The notes under the pieces: model-generated
What the model was told of the DNA's origin: nothing
The model's database searches: none
Seen by the model: the letters and a program-made list of their open reading frames with translations, nothing else
Program-made: the position numbers and the translations under genes
From: Bacteroidota bacterium
GTDB taxonomy: Bacteria > Bacteroidota > Bacteroidia > 2-12-FULL-35-15
Length of the DNA: 64,000 nucleotides
Reading direction: 5' to 3'
Assembly (NCBI GenBank): GCA_005772895.1
Contig: SXIH01000011.1
Location: 4,371 to 68,370 of the forward strand
In this document: piece after piece, positions 39,551 through 50,252 of the stretch
Layout: each line of letters begins with the position of its first letter
How positions within the stretch are numbered: position 1 is the first letter of the stretch

Positions 39551-40768
39551 ATGAAAACATCAAAAGAGTTATTGGCTTCACTTTCGCAAACTGCCTTAAT
39601 GCCTCAAGAAGAAATGCTTGAGATTGCCCGTAAAAAAGGCAAATTATTTATAGGAATCCCAAAAGAAATTTCGTTTCAAGAAAATCGTGTAGCACTTGTG
39701 CCAGATGCAGTTGCTTTGTTGGTTAATAACGGACATCAGATTATTGTGGAAACCAACGCTGGTAAAATGGCCAATTTTCAAGACCATGATTATAGCGAAG
39801 CTGGAGCTCAGATTGTTTACAGTGCTGAAGAAGTTTACAAAGCAGATATTATTTTAAAAGTTGCACCTCCATCTCCACAAGAGATTGAAATGATGCAGCA
39901 AAAACAAACCTTGATTTCTGCTCTTCAATTAACTGTGCAACCTGAAGATTTTTTAAAACAACTTTCCTCTAAACGTATTACTGCTGTTGCGTTCGACTGG
40001 ATAAAAGATATTGACGGAATTTATACCGTTATCCGTTCAATGGGCGAAATTGCAGGTGGAACTTCTATTTTAATTGCTGCAGAGTATTTGAGTAATGTGA
40101 ATAACGGACAGGGTGCAATCTTGGGTGGGATTTCAGGAATTTCTCCAACAGAAGTAGTGATTTTAGGTGCAGGAACAGTTGGTGAATTTGCTACGCGTGC
40201 GGCTTTAGGATTGGGTGCATCGGTAAAAGTATTCGACAATAATATATATCGTTTAAGGCGATTACAAAGTGATATTGGTACACGTGTTTTTACTTCAGTA
40301 ATTCAACCTCGCGTACTTGCAAAACATTTAAAAACAGCAGATGTAGTGATTGGTGCAATTCGTGCACAACATGGAAGAACGCCTTGTGTTGTTACCGAAG
40401 AAATGGTGAGCGAAATGAAAGTAGGCTCCGTAATTATCGATGTAAGTATCGACCAAGGTGGATGCTTCGAAACTTCTGAAGTAACAAATCATACTAAACC
40501 GGTATTCCGCAAACACGGAGTAATTCATTATTGTGTTCCAAACATTGCATCACGTGTTTCCCGTACCGCATCCTACGCTTTGAGTACTATTTTTGCTCCT
40601 ATCTTAATTAATATTGGTGAAGAAGGTGGAGTTGAAAATATGCTAAGAAGAGATGCCGGAGTGCGCAATGGTGTTTACTTGTATAATGGAACACTTACCA
40701 ACCAAGTACTAGGCGATATGTTTAAACTTCCTTATAAAGACATAAACTTATTGATGGCCGCACTTTAA
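39551..40768 (+). CDS. ald: alanine dehydrogenase family protein
   Basis: N-terminal AlaDH/PNT domain. NAD-binding motif near residue 200 (GAGTVG). Confidence 0.75.
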   Translation: MKTSKELLASLSQTALMPQEEMLEIARKKGKLFIGIPKEISFQENRVALVPDAVALLVNNGHQIIVETNAGKMANFQDHDYSEAGAQIVYSAEEVYKADIILKVAPPSPQEIEMMQQKQTLISALQLTVQPEDFLKQLSSKRITAVAFDWIKDIDGIYTVIRSMGEIAGGTSILIAAEYLSNVNNGQGAILGGISGISPTEVVILGAGTVGEFATRAALGLGASVKVFDNNIYRLRRLQSDIGTRVFTSVIQPRVLAKHLKTADVVIGAIRAQHGRTPCVVTEEMVSEMKVGSVIIDVSIDQGGCFETSEVTNHTKPVFRKHGVIHYCVPNIASRVSRTASYALSTIFAPILINIGEEGGVENMLRRDAGVRNGVYLYNGTLTNQVLGDMFKLPYKDINLLMAAL

Positions 40769-40807
40769 GTTGTCTAATATCTAAAATCTAATATCTCATA
40801 TCTTTTT

Positions 40808-41245
40808 ATGGCAATCCCAAGTAAAAACGCAGACTTATACAGAAGAATAAAATTTTATGGTTTTGGTTTAGTTCTGGGAATTGTTCTTGTAGGAATTGTT
40901 TTAAATAAAAACAAAGGTTGTCAGTTACCATCTTCAGCTAAACTAGAGGAGCTTGGTTGGCAAAAATTAGAATATACAAAACACGGAACTTGCAGAATGG
41001 AATGCCGTCACATTACCGAAGCTGAAATAAAAGAATTAGTAGGGGTGGGGCAAACATTAGGAAAAGGGAAAGTTAATTACGATAAAAGTAATGTACACGA
41101 CAAGCCTTATCCAACCTACGCAATAGAAGGAACAACAACTTCAGGAAAAAATCTTCGCATTATAATTGCTGATGTGGATACTATTTCAAGAATTGTAACC
41201 GCAATTGATTTGAAGATGGAGGGTGATAGTTGTGAGTGTGAGTAG
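40808..41245 (+). CDS. hypothetical membrane-anchored small protein
   Basis: 145 aa with one N-terminal TM. Cys-rich C-terminus. Confidence 0.35.
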   Translation: MAIPSKNADLYRRIKFYGFGLVLGIVLVGIVLNKNKGCQLPSSAKLEELGWQKLEYTKHGTCRMECRHITEAEIKELVGVGQTLGKGKVNYDKSNVHDKPYPTYAIEGTTTSGKNLRIIIADVDTISRIVTAIDLKMEGDSCECE

Positions 41246-42505
41246 TTAGTCGATTGATATTACTTTAATTTCCACTCTTCTATTGGCTTGTTCTTCATAT
41301 CCATTTTTTGGTCTTGGATACAACATTAATTTATTTGAAAATCCTTCAGTTGTCATTCGATTTTTTTCAATTCCTTTTTGTAATAAAAGATTATAAATTG
41401 ATTTTGCTCTGTCTTCAGACAGGCTCTGCTCAAATTTTTCTTCTCCGTAGGTTTTTTTTGAACCTGGGCTGTTAACGTGTCCTTGTATACAAATTATCAT
41501 TTTTTTATTTTTTTGCATCAGTTTATAAAGAGACTGAACTGATGAATAAGATTCAGGAATTAGATTTGCTGTATTAGGTTGAAAATTAATATTCCCTAAT
41601 TTATATTTTTCACCTTTTTTTAATTTAGGAAGTATCGTTTTGATGTCTGGGAAAACAGTTCCACCTTTCAAATCCTTAGTGTTTATAGTCGCTGTTTGGA
41701 CAAATGTTTCTTCTGAAATGTAAGTGAGACCATAATTCTGATTTTCCTTCAATTCTGTATTTATCTTATATTCACCATTCTTGTTGCTGGTTGTTTCCAG
41801 AACGGTGTTTCCTTTATTGTCGGAAAGTGTAATATTGGTAGCAAGTGGAATACTGTCTGCGCCAATTACTTTACCTTTTATTTCAACTTCTTTCATAAAA
41901 TAGAAAAATATGGTGTGGCCTTTGCCCTCTGGAGTTACATTGTCGAGAATCAACATGTATTTTTCATCTTTTTTTACATCAATGGAATTTGAGTAAGCAA
42001 TTCCAACACCTTCTCCAATTGAATTCTTGTTTGTTGCAGAACTTAAGCCTGTAACACCTTTTGCTGATTTTTTTATATTTGAAAGATTGCTTCTGATAGG
42101 TTTTAATTTATTTTTTTGCAGCTCATTACAAAAAGTGGAGTCTTTATAATTGTATAAAAGAAAATCATAGTCATTGGTTGTATCTTGAGGAACAATTTCA
42201 TAAACAAGTTCTCCGTCTCGTGTAATTGACAATAAATACCAGGAAGAATTATGTTCACCTTCAAACGTTAATGAATTGGCAAATGTAAATTCTTGTATTT
42301 CTCCAAACCCTTTTGGTGGAACAGTAACTCCATAGTTAGTCCCTGCTGCCACATTAATTTTTATTGGATTCGAGCAATCTGCAGAAATGGGTTTTGTAAA
42401 AGTAACAGGATTGTTCACTTTTTTTGGTTTTATCTCAGCTTTTTTTTGAGCATATGAAAAAAGTGAAACACTATATAACAGAAGAGTAAAGACGTGTTTT
42501 CCCAT
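41246..42505 (-). CDS. OmpA-family protein with a carboxypeptidase-regulatory-like domain
   Basis: Signal peptide. C-terminal OmpA-like peptidoglycan-binding region (NTANL...LSEDRAKSIYNLL...RRVEIKV). Confidence 0.6.
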   Translation of the reverse strand: MGKHVFTLLLYSVSLFSYAQKKAEIKPKKVNNPVTFTKPISADCSNPIKINVAAGTNYGVTVPPKGFGEIQEFTFANSLTFEGEHNSSWYLLSITRDGELVYEIVPQDTTNDYDFLLYNYKDSTFCNELQKNKLKPIRSNLSNIKKSAKGVTGLSSATNKNSIGEGVGIAYSNSIDVKKDEKYMLILDNVTPEGKGHTIFFYFMKEVEIKGKVIGADSIPLATNITLSDNKGNTVLETTSNKNGEYKINTELKENQNYGLTYISEETFVQTATINTKDLKGGTVFPDIKTILPKLKKGEKYKLGNINFQPNTANLIPESYSSVQSLYKLMQKNKKMIICIQGHVNSPGSKKTYGEEKFEQSLSEDRAKSIYNLLLQKGIEKNRMTTEGFSNKLMLYPRPKNGYEEQANRRVEIKVISID

Positions 42506-42557
42506 ATTTTTTTATTTCATAACGAAATATCTTAAAAAAGATACATATAGAAATGAT

Positions 42558-44138
42558 TTACTTTACTACCACCTTCGCTCTCCCAACTCTTCCATCAGCA
42601 GAATATTTTAACAGCATATAAAATCCTTGTGGAACTCCTGTCAGATCTAATTTATAAGAATTTCCTGGCATTATTTCGTAGGCTGTTCTGCGAAATAACT
42701 TTCCTTGGGAGTTATACAATTTGAATTGTGCATACTCAAAACCAGTGGCATCATTATTAATATTTATATAATCGTCCGTTGGATTTGGATAGACAAATAA
42801 ATTATAAATTCCATTATCTTCAATAGAACATTCTTTTTCCCAGCCTTCTTGCTGTTTTACCACCCATTCGCGTTGGGATTGAATAAATGGATAAATACCC
42901 GGATAAGTTAATTTTAATACGTAAGCTGTTTGGGCAATAGAAACTTCATCTTGATTATAATCTGTCAACGACTTTTTGAATGATTCGTAAGAATTGTATT
43001 TGTAGGGGTCTGTTTTGTATGCTTCATCAATTAAATTATGTCTGTCTAAAATAAACTGGCCTAAATTATCCAGGTGGAATTTTGTTTGAATTAATTCGCA
43101 GGCATAATCCAAATATTCATTTTTGTATTCTTCAATTTCAAATATTCGTTGGAGCAATGGGCGCTCTTCAAATTGGTTGGTTGGAATTAAATAGCCATCA
43201 AAGAAAGATGTTCCACTTATTATTTTTAAATCCTGAAACGTTTCATTCATGTCCCATGGAATCCATCTTATTTTTCCATCGGGATGTTCATACATAAAAA
43301 AATTATTTCCTCCACCCCAATAGCTATCCCAGCTGCGGACACATTTTTCTATCGCAAGTATTTTTAAATAAGAATGAACATCAAAATTGGCTTCTAAATA
43401 ATCTTTAAAATCAGGATTGTAGTTGTGATTGAGATTATCAATAAAGCTTATTAATCTCGACCAGTCATCAACGCTTTCGTTTGTTGTAAGTTTCATTCCA
43501 ACATCTTTGTATGCTCCCGATTCGTTGCCTAGCCATTGCAAAGTAACGCTCGCTCCTCGGTCGGTTTTGTACAAATTTCCATCGTTGTTTGCACTTCCGT
43601 AGGCAAATTTTAAAAATGTTTTGTCAACGTTTTCTATCGCCACATACAAACCAATGTATTCACCATTCACAAAAACTTTTGTAAAAGAAGTTCTGGAAGC
43701 AAGCATTCCGGCATCTCTGCATAATTTTAAGCAAATAGCATCGTGCAGAAGTGATGGGTCGTTCGTAAAATTATTGAGGTTTAATTTTTCTAATCCATCC
43801 AGTTCTTGATTATTTACAAATTCATCAAAGGAAATTTTTAAAGGTTTTTTTCTTCCAAAGCTGGTTAGTGAATTAGAAGCATTTCCTTTTTCTCTGAAAC
43901 CACAGTCGTTAAGAGTAATTCCATCAAAAGTAACATTGCATTTGTGATATTTTTCGGGATATAAAAGTGGATCTTGAATATTTAACTCCCAATCTTGCTC
44001 TAATGTATCAAACCAATTTACTAAATCAGTTTCTATAACCAGTGTATGCAAAATGGTATCGTTAAACACAAAATTGCCTGTTTGGGCACTTGTGCTTAGC
44101 GTAAAACAAATGAAGATATAGAGAATTATTTTTTTCAT
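42558..44138 (-). CDS. CotH-family (atypical kinase fold) protein with a T9SS type A C-terminal sorting domain
   Basis: Signal peptide. The central region resembles CotH (KISFDEF...HDAICLKLCRDAGMLASRTSF...VFVNGEYIGLY). The C-terminus LYNSQGKLF...GFYMLLKYSADGRVGRAKVVVK fits the type A CTD. Confidence 0.6.
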   Translation of the reverse strand: MKKIILYIFICFTLSTSAQTGNFVFNDTILHTLVIETDLVNWFDTLEQDWELNIQDPLLYPEKYHKCNVTFDGITLNDCGFREKGNASNSLTSFGRKKPLKISFDEFVNNQELDGLEKLNLNNFTNDPSLLHDAICLKLCRDAGMLASRTSFTKVFVNGEYIGLYVAIENVDKTFLKFAYGSANNDGNLYKTDRGASVTLQWLGNESGAYKDVGMKLTTNESVDDWSRLISFIDNLNHNYNPDFKDYLEANFDVHSYLKILAIEKCVRSWDSYWGGGNNFFMYEHPDGKIRWIPWDMNETFQDLKIISGTSFFDGYLIPTNQFEERPLLQRIFEIEEYKNEYLDYACELIQTKFHLDNLGQFILDRHNLIDEAYKTDPYKYNSYESFKKSLTDYNQDEVSIAQTAYVLKLTYPGIYPFIQSQREWVVKQQEGWEKECSIEDNGIYNLFVYPNPTDDYININNDATGFEYAQFKLYNSQGKLFRRTAYEIMPGNSYKLDLTGVPQGFYMLLKYSADGRVGRAKVVVK

Positions 44139-44869
44139 TTTCTATAAATCCTGTGTTCTTTGTTTAGAATTTCATATTGCTTTTTAAAATTCTTTTTCAA
44201 GAAATGAACTCCCAATGTAAAATTGACACCGGTTTGCTCATTTTTATTAGCCAGATTAAATTGTAACGCGAATTTAAAATGGACTCTGATATTTTCATTT
44301 AATTTTCTTTCGTAACCGGTGAATGGTTCAATGGTTGTTTGAGTTCCGTTATTGTATTTTACACCCATTAAGTTAAATTCGGAGCCCCAGAAATAACTGT
44401 TTTTCTTAATATAAGTAGAAGCTCCGATGTATTTTTGATAACCTATTCCGAATTTGGTAATTGCATAAGGTTTTGCAGGAGAATAAGTAAGGTGTGTGTA
44501 AAGTATTTTGTTTCCTCTGTAAGCAATTCCGATTTTATATTGCATTCCAAATGCCCGTCCCGTAAAAGGTTCATTTCTGAATACCGAGAAGTAGGGAGTA
44601 TTGTAATATCCCATATTTATTCCTGCAAAAACTGTTTTTAATTTTTTTCCTTGTACAGTATCAATGCTTGTCCATGGAATTACAGAAATGGATTCGTCAA
44701 TTTTTTTGATTTTTAAATTGGTGGAATCACATTGAACGATTGTTCCGGTTTGAGAATTTCCATCTTTCAGAACAACTTCATCAGTGAGGAGTCTTCTGTA
44801 ATTATTGCAACTGCTGAGTGAGACAGCAAAAAGTACAAGGAAGATAAAATAGCGTATTGTATTTTTCAT
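44135..44869 (-). CDS. hypothetical lipoprotein, possibly beta-barrel
   Basis: Lipobox LSSC. The stop overlaps the CotH start in ATGA. 244 aa. Confidence 0.4.
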   Translation of the reverse strand: MKNTIRYFIFLVLFAVSLSSCNNYRRLLTDEVVLKDGNSQTGTIVQCDSTNLKIKKIDESISVIPWTSIDTVQGKKLKTVFAGINMGYYNTPYFSVFRNEPFTGRAFGMQYKIGIAYRGNKILYTHLTYSPAKPYAITKFGIGYQKYIGASTYIKKNSYFWGSEFNLMGVKYNNGTQTTIEPFTGYERKLNENIRVHFKFALQFNLANKNEQTGVNFTLGVHFLKKNFKKQYEILNKEHRIYRK

Positions 44870-44911
44870 TCATAAAAGATATGCATAATTATTAGACGCA
44901 ACAAATTACAA

Positions 44912-46081
44912 TTAGTTTGATTTTCGTCTTCTTTCCTTTTCCTTTATAATCAAACTCAATTCTCTCCCTGTTTGTCCTTTTACAGATGTATTTTCCTGTG
45001 CTCTTCTAATAAGGTAAGGAAGAACTTCATTTACTGGTCCATACGGAACATATTTAGCGACATTGTAATGAGCGTTTGCCAAATTGAAACTTATGTGATC
45101 ACTCATTCCTAGCAATTGAGAAAAGTAAATATGCTTGTTGTCAGCAGAAATATTTTTTTTCTGCATCAGCTCCGCAAGTTTCATTGAACTGTTTTCATTG
45201 TGTGTTCCTGCGCAAATAGCAATTCTCGAAATATTTTCTGCGCAAAATTCTATAGCTGCATCATAATCTATGTCCGTATTTTCTTTTGTATCTTGAATTG
45301 GAGAAGGATAATTATTTTCTTCAGCACGTTTGCGCTCTTTTTCCATATAAGCTCCACGCACAAGTTTTGCTCCCAGGAAATAATTTGATTTTTGAGCCAA
45401 TTCAAATGAGTGTTTCAAATAGGATAATCTGTCTTTACGATACAACTGATAAGTATTGTAAACAATTGCTTTTTCTTTATTGTACAGTTCCATCATATTG
45501 TTTGCCAACATATCTATTGCTTCCTGTATCCAGCTTTCTTCGGCATCAATAAAAATAGGAACACCGGCAGCATGTGCTGCTTTACAAATAGCATTTACCC
45601 GATTTTTTACTCTCTCGTACTCCAAATGCTCATCAGCTGTTAAAGCAATTTTTGAACTGACTTTTTCCAACAAATCAAATCGGGCTAAGCCGGTTACTTT
45701 AAAAACACAAAAGGGAATATGTTTGTCATTCTTAGCTTTGTTAACAGTTTCAGTGGTTTCTGTGCAACAAGCATCAAAATCTTTTTCAGTTTCTTTCCCT
45801 TCAACCGAGTAATCCAGTATGGTTCCTACATTGTATTTCCCTAATTCATTTATTGCTTTTGTACATTCATCAATGGTTTCACCTCCGCAGAATTGTTTGA
45901 ATATGGTAGCTTTAATTAAACCTTTAATCGGTAAATGCATTTTAATTGCAAAAGTGGTAAGCGATTTTCCAATTGAGACAAATGTTGGATTTGAAACCAT
46001 TTTAAAAAGCCAGTACGAACGATTTAAATCTTTATTTGTTTTCCCGGAAAAGGAAACCTCTGTATTGTTGAATGATAACAT
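44912..46081 (-). CDS. proline dehydrogenase
   Basis: 389-aa TIM-barrel PRODH-like protein. The pattern ...IFIDAEESWIQEAID...YNTYQLYRKD... is typical of stand-alone proline dehydrogenases. Confidence 0.7.
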   Translation of the reverse strand: MLSFNNTEVSFSGKTNKDLNRSYWLFKMVSNPTFVSIGKSLTTFAIKMHLPIKGLIKATIFKQFCGGETIDECTKAINELGKYNVGTILDYSVEGKETEKDFDACCTETTETVNKAKNDKHIPFCVFKVTGLARFDLLEKVSSKIALTADEHLEYERVKNRVNAICKAAHAAGVPIFIDAEESWIQEAIDMLANNMMELYNKEKAIVYNTYQLYRKDRLSYLKHSFELAQKSNYFLGAKLVRGAYMEKERKRAEENNYPSPIQDTKENTDIDYDAAIEFCAENISRIAICAGTHNENSSMKLAELMQKKNISADNKHIYFSQLLGMSDHISFNLANAHYNVAKYVPYGPVNEVLPYLIRRAQENTSVKGQTGRELSLIIKEKERRRKSN

Positions 46082-46180
46082 AGATAATTTAATAAGAATA
46101 CAAATATACTAAATTACCCTTGTCAGATTGATGCTGCAATCACTCAGTTTTTGTTATATTTGTTTTTCTACAATGCATTT

Positions 46181-47272
46181 ATGACGGAAATCAGGTCCAA
46201 TACATATTCGGTTTTTATCTCCAATGATATTTCTAAAGAAATTAATCGCTTTCTTAAAGCCAATAAGTCTAAATATTCCAAACTGTTTATTTTAGTTGAC
46301 GAAAACTCATTGAAATATTGTTATCCTCAATTGGTAGAGAAGATTGAAGCTTTTGAAGATGGTGAAATTATTGAAATTGATAGTGGAGAACAAAGTAAAA
46401 CCTTGGAAGTATGCATTCAAATATGGAGTGCATTGAGTGAATATGGTGCCGACAGAAAATCACTTTTTGTAAATATCGGAGGAGGAGTAATTGGTGATAT
46501 GGGTGGATTTATTGCTTCTACTTTTAAAAGAGGAATTGATTTTATTAATATTCCTACTACTTTATTGTCTCAGGTGGATGCTTCCATTGGTGGTAAAGTT
46601 GGTGTAGACCTCAATCATTTAAAAAATGAAATCGGAGTTTTTAATAACCCTGCTGCTGTTTTTGTAAACAGTAATTTTTTGAATACTCTAGATAAGCGAC
46701 AAATATTATCGGGCTTTGCAGAAATAATTAAACATGCTTTGATTGCTGATTATAATTATTGGAAAAAAGTAATGAATGCCGATTTCGCTGATTTAAATTC
46801 TTTTGAGGAATTAATAAAAACATCGGTTCATATTAAAAATACTATTGTTTCAGAAGATCCGACAGAACAAAATACCAGAAAGGTTTTAAACTTCGGGCAT
46901 ACAATAGGGCATGCTATTGAAACGTTTTCATTGGAACACGAAAACAAAAAACACCTTTTGCATGGAGAGGCAATTGCAGTTGGAATGGTTTGTGAAGCTT
47001 TTCTTTCGTATAAAATTTGCAAATTGTCAAAGGATGAATTGAGCGAGATTACTGAATTTATTGTTGGAAAATTTAAGTCGGTGAAGCTGGATGAAATGGA
47101 TACACATAGGTTAATTGAGCTGATGAAGCACGATAAGAAAAACGAAAAGGGTGACATTAATTTTTCTTTATTATCAGCCATCGGCAAATGTGAGATAAAT
47201 AAAAAAGCAAAAGCCGATCAAATCATAGAAGCATTAAAATATTATTCAGAACAAGTAAAATTGATGGCCTGA
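46181..47272 (+). CDS. aroB: 3-dehydroquinate synthase
   Basis: GGGVIGDMGGF NAD-binding motif and metal-binding His residues. The ORF track begins at a TTG at 46151. The ATG at 46181 (MTEIR...) is the more likely start. Confidence 0.85.
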   Translation: MTEIRSNTYSVFISNDISKEINRFLKANKSKYSKLFILVDENSLKYCYPQLVEKIEAFEDGEIIEIDSGEQSKTLEVCIQIWSALSEYGADRKSLFVNIGGGVIGDMGGFIASTFKRGIDFINIPTTLLSQVDASIGGKVGVDLNHLKNEIGVFNNPAAVFVNSNFLNTLDKRQILSGFAEIIKHALIADYNYWKKVMNADFADLNSFEELIKTSVHIKNTIVSEDPTEQNTRKVLNFGHTIGHAIETFSLEHENKKHLLHGEAIAVGMVCEAFLSYKICKLSKDELSEITEFIVGKFKSVKLDEMDTHRLIELMKHDKKNEKGDINFSLLSAIGKCEINKKAKADQIIEALKYYSEQVKLMA

Positions 47273-47374
47273 TTTTTCAGACTGACTTAATAAACTGTCA
47301 CCCTGAGCATTCTGCGTAATAAGCAGACACTATCGAAGGGCGGAATCTCCTGAGATGAACTAAAAGCATTCATA

Positions 47375-48616
47375 ATGAAATATACTATATCGCATCCAAC
47401 AAAAAAATTAGCTGGAACTATTGAACTTACTGCTTCAAAAAGCGAAAGCAACAGAGCTCTGATTATTCAAGCATTGTGCTCAGAAAAATTTGAAATAAAA
47501 AATTTAGCTTCAGCTCAAGATACAGAAACTCTTGCAAAAATTCTAAGCTCTCCCGACTCCGAGCTCATTGATGTTGGTCCCGCTGGAACAACTATGCGTT
47601 TTTTAACCGCTTATTTTGCTACTAAAATTGGAACCCGCACACTTACGGGTTCTGATAGAATGAAAAAACGCCCAATCGGAATTTTGGTAAATGCTTTGCG
47701 AGATTTAGGTGCACATATTCAATATCTGGATAAAGAAGGGTTTCCTCCTTTAAAAATTACGGGTAAAGCATTGAAAGGCGGAGAAATTGAAATGGATGGA
47801 AATGTAAGCAGTCAGTTTATTTCTGCACTATTGTTGATTTCTCCTGAATTACAAAATGGATTAGTTATAAATTTTAAAAGTAAAGTTACATCACGTCCGT
47901 ATATTGACATGACATTAAATATGTTGGAAGAATTCCGTGTTTATGGACAATGGCATGAGAATTCTATTTCTGTAAGCAAACAAAATTATCATAAAAAAAG
48001 TGAAGAAGATTATGCGTATGAAGTGGAAGCCGATTGGAGTGCTGCATCATACTGGTATGCAATGGTTGCTTTGAGTGAAGAAGCAGATTTGACTATCAAA
48101 GGGTTAAAAAATCCAAGTTTGCAAGGTGATTCTATACTTTCAGATGTGTTTACTTTTTTTGGTGTAAAAACAGAGTTTGTCCCTGGTGGAATAAAAATTA
48201 CAAAAAACAGAATCAAAGACGAACATTTTGGATTCGATTTTGCTGATTGTCCGGATATAGCCCAAACAGTAGCGGTTGTGGTGAGTGCTTTAAATATTCC
48301 TGCTTTATTTAATGGTGTTCACACTCTTCGGATAAAAGAAACTGACAGAGTAGAAGCATTAAAAATTGAGTTAAAAAAATTAGGAACAGAAGTTGAAATA
48401 CTAAATGACAATAGTGTAAAAATTAACCCTTCATCGGACATCAAGCATCCGGCATCGGTCGATACATACGAAGATCACCGTATGGCTATGGCTTTTTCAG
48501 CACTTGCAATGAAATTGGAAAATATTACAATTGAAAATCCGGAAGTAGTAAAAAAATCCTACCCTAATTTTTGGAACGATTTAAAAAGTTTGGGATTTGA
48601 GATTAAAGAATCATAA
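47375..48616 (+). CDS. aroA: 3-phosphoshikimate 1-carboxyvinyltransferase (EPSP synthase)
   Basis: SKSESNRALI and GPAGTTMRFL motifs. 413 aa. Confidence 0.9.
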   Translation: MKYTISHPTKKLAGTIELTASKSESNRALIIQALCSEKFEIKNLASAQDTETLAKILSSPDSELIDVGPAGTTMRFLTAYFATKIGTRTLTGSDRMKKRPIGILVNALRDLGAHIQYLDKEGFPPLKITGKALKGGEIEMDGNVSSQFISALLLISPELQNGLVINFKSKVTSRPYIDMTLNMLEEFRVYGQWHENSISVSKQNYHKKSEEDYAYEVEADWSAASYWYAMVALSEEADLTIKGLKNPSLQGDSILSDVFTFFGVKTEFVPGGIKITKNRIKDEHFGFDFADCPDIAQTVAVVVSALNIPALFNGVHTLRIKETDRVEALKIELKKLGTEVEILNDNSVKINPSSDIKHPASVDTYEDHRMAMAFSALAMKLENITIENPEVVKKSYPNFWNDLKSLGFEIKES

Positions 48617-48717
48617 ACATAAATTTATCTTAACATAAAACCGCAACAAATAAAAAATCCTTTTTAATCATAAAAATCATAAAAAATCTGCGTTCCCATT
48701 TTGTTTTCTTTAGAATA

Positions 48718-50061
48718 TCATATCCTCTTACTCACATAATCAAATCTCCAAAGCAAAAACACAGCAGCTACAGTAAGTCCTAGCGACAAGCCATACCATA
48801 TTCCCTGAACACCTAAATTCAATTTAAATCCGAAAACATAACTCATTGGCAAACCAATTGCCCAATAGGCAATGAGTGTAATAATGGTTGGAATTTTTAC
48901 ATCTTTTACTCCACGTAAAGCTCCTAATCCTACTACTTGAATTCCATCACTCAACTGAAAAAAGGCAGCTATTACAATTAAAGAAGTTGCAATGGAAATA
49001 ACATTTAATTCTTTGCTGAATAATGTTGGCAGAAAATGTTGAAGTAAAATAAACAAGAGTGCCATCAATCCCATAAAAGCAAACACCATCGCAAAAGCAC
49101 TAAATCCTGCAGTTCTAACACCATCTCTGCTTTTTAATCCCAATTGATTTCCAACTCTCACAGATGCTGCTGCCGATAATCCACTTGCCATCATGTAAGT
49201 ACTGGCGGCTATACTTAATGCAATTTGATGTGCCGCTTGTGCATCCGGACTAATCCAACCAATCATTACCACAGCAAATGCAAATGCTCCAACTTCAAAT
49301 ACCCATTGTAATCCAGATGGAATTCCAATGCCCAATATTTTTTTTACCAATGATTTTGAAATCGTTCTTAACTGAAATCCTTCCCAATAAATTTTAAAAT
49401 GTTTGTTATAATATACATACGCAAACATTGCTAAAGCCATAGCTACACGTGAAATAAAGCTTGCCCAACATGAACCCATTAATCCCATTTCTGGAAATCC
49501 CCAATGTCCAAATATCATTAAATAGTTTAGTAAAATATTTAAAAGATTCGATCCAATTGTGATGAGCATTGCAACTTTTGTGAATGAAAGTCCTTCAGTA
49601 AATTGTTTGAATCCAGAAAAAATGCAAAGAGGAATCATCCCCAACATCATAATATTTAAGAAAGGAATCGCCAAGTCAACCACTTCTTGCTTTTGGTTGA
49701 ACAGATTTAGAATTGGTGAAATAGCTACCAGCAAAACAAAAAGCAAAATTCCCAATATGGTATTAATGATTATGCAGTGTTTTAATAATTCAGCACTTTC
49801 AGAATGATTTTTTGAGCTATCTGCTACTGCCACTAATGGAGTAATTCCATAGGAAACTCCTAAACCGAATACTAAAACAAGTGTATAAAGGCTATTTGAT
49901 AATGCAACAGCAGCCTGCTCAATGGTTCCTATTTGGCCAACCATTGCAGTATCCACAACTCCAACCATGATATGCCCCAATTGGCTTATTACTACTGGAT
50001 AAGCAAGTGAAAATGTGGCTTTATAGCTGTTTAAATAATTTTTTGATAACAAAACTGACAT
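48718..50061 (-). CDS. MATE-family efflux transporter
   Basis: 447 aa, 12 TM. MATE-like duplicated 6-TM halves. Confidence 0.75.
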   Translation of the reverse strand: MSVLLSKNYLNSYKATFSLAYPVVISQLGHIMVGVVDTAMVGQIGTIEQAAVALSNSLYTLVLVFGLGVSYGITPLVAVADSSKNHSESAELLKHCIIINTILGILLFVLLVAISPILNLFNQKQEVVDLAIPFLNIMMLGMIPLCIFSGFKQFTEGLSFTKVAMLITIGSNLLNILLNYLMIFGHWGFPEMGLMGSCWASFISRVAMALAMFAYVYYNKHFKIYWEGFQLRTISKSLVKKILGIGIPSGLQWVFEVGAFAFAVVMIGWISPDAQAAHQIALSIAASTYMMASGLSAAASVRVGNQLGLKSRDGVRTAGFSAFAMVFAFMGLMALLFILLQHFLPTLFSKELNVISIATSLIVIAAFFQLSDGIQVVGLGALRGVKDVKIPTIITLIAYWAIGLPMSYVFGFKLNLGVQGIWYGLSLGLTVAAVFLLWRFDYVSKRI

Positions 50062-50252
50062 AGGGGGGCAAAGATAATTTAATCTTCAGAACTATTGAGA
50101 GCCTTTATTGATAATGGTTTAAATAGTCATTTTTTATGAACAATATGCAACTTCGAATGCTAAAAAATCATCTTCTTTTTGTTACAAAATCATCCCAAAT
50201 TTTATTACATTTGTAATCACAATTTAATAACCTATAAATCAATAACTTAAAA

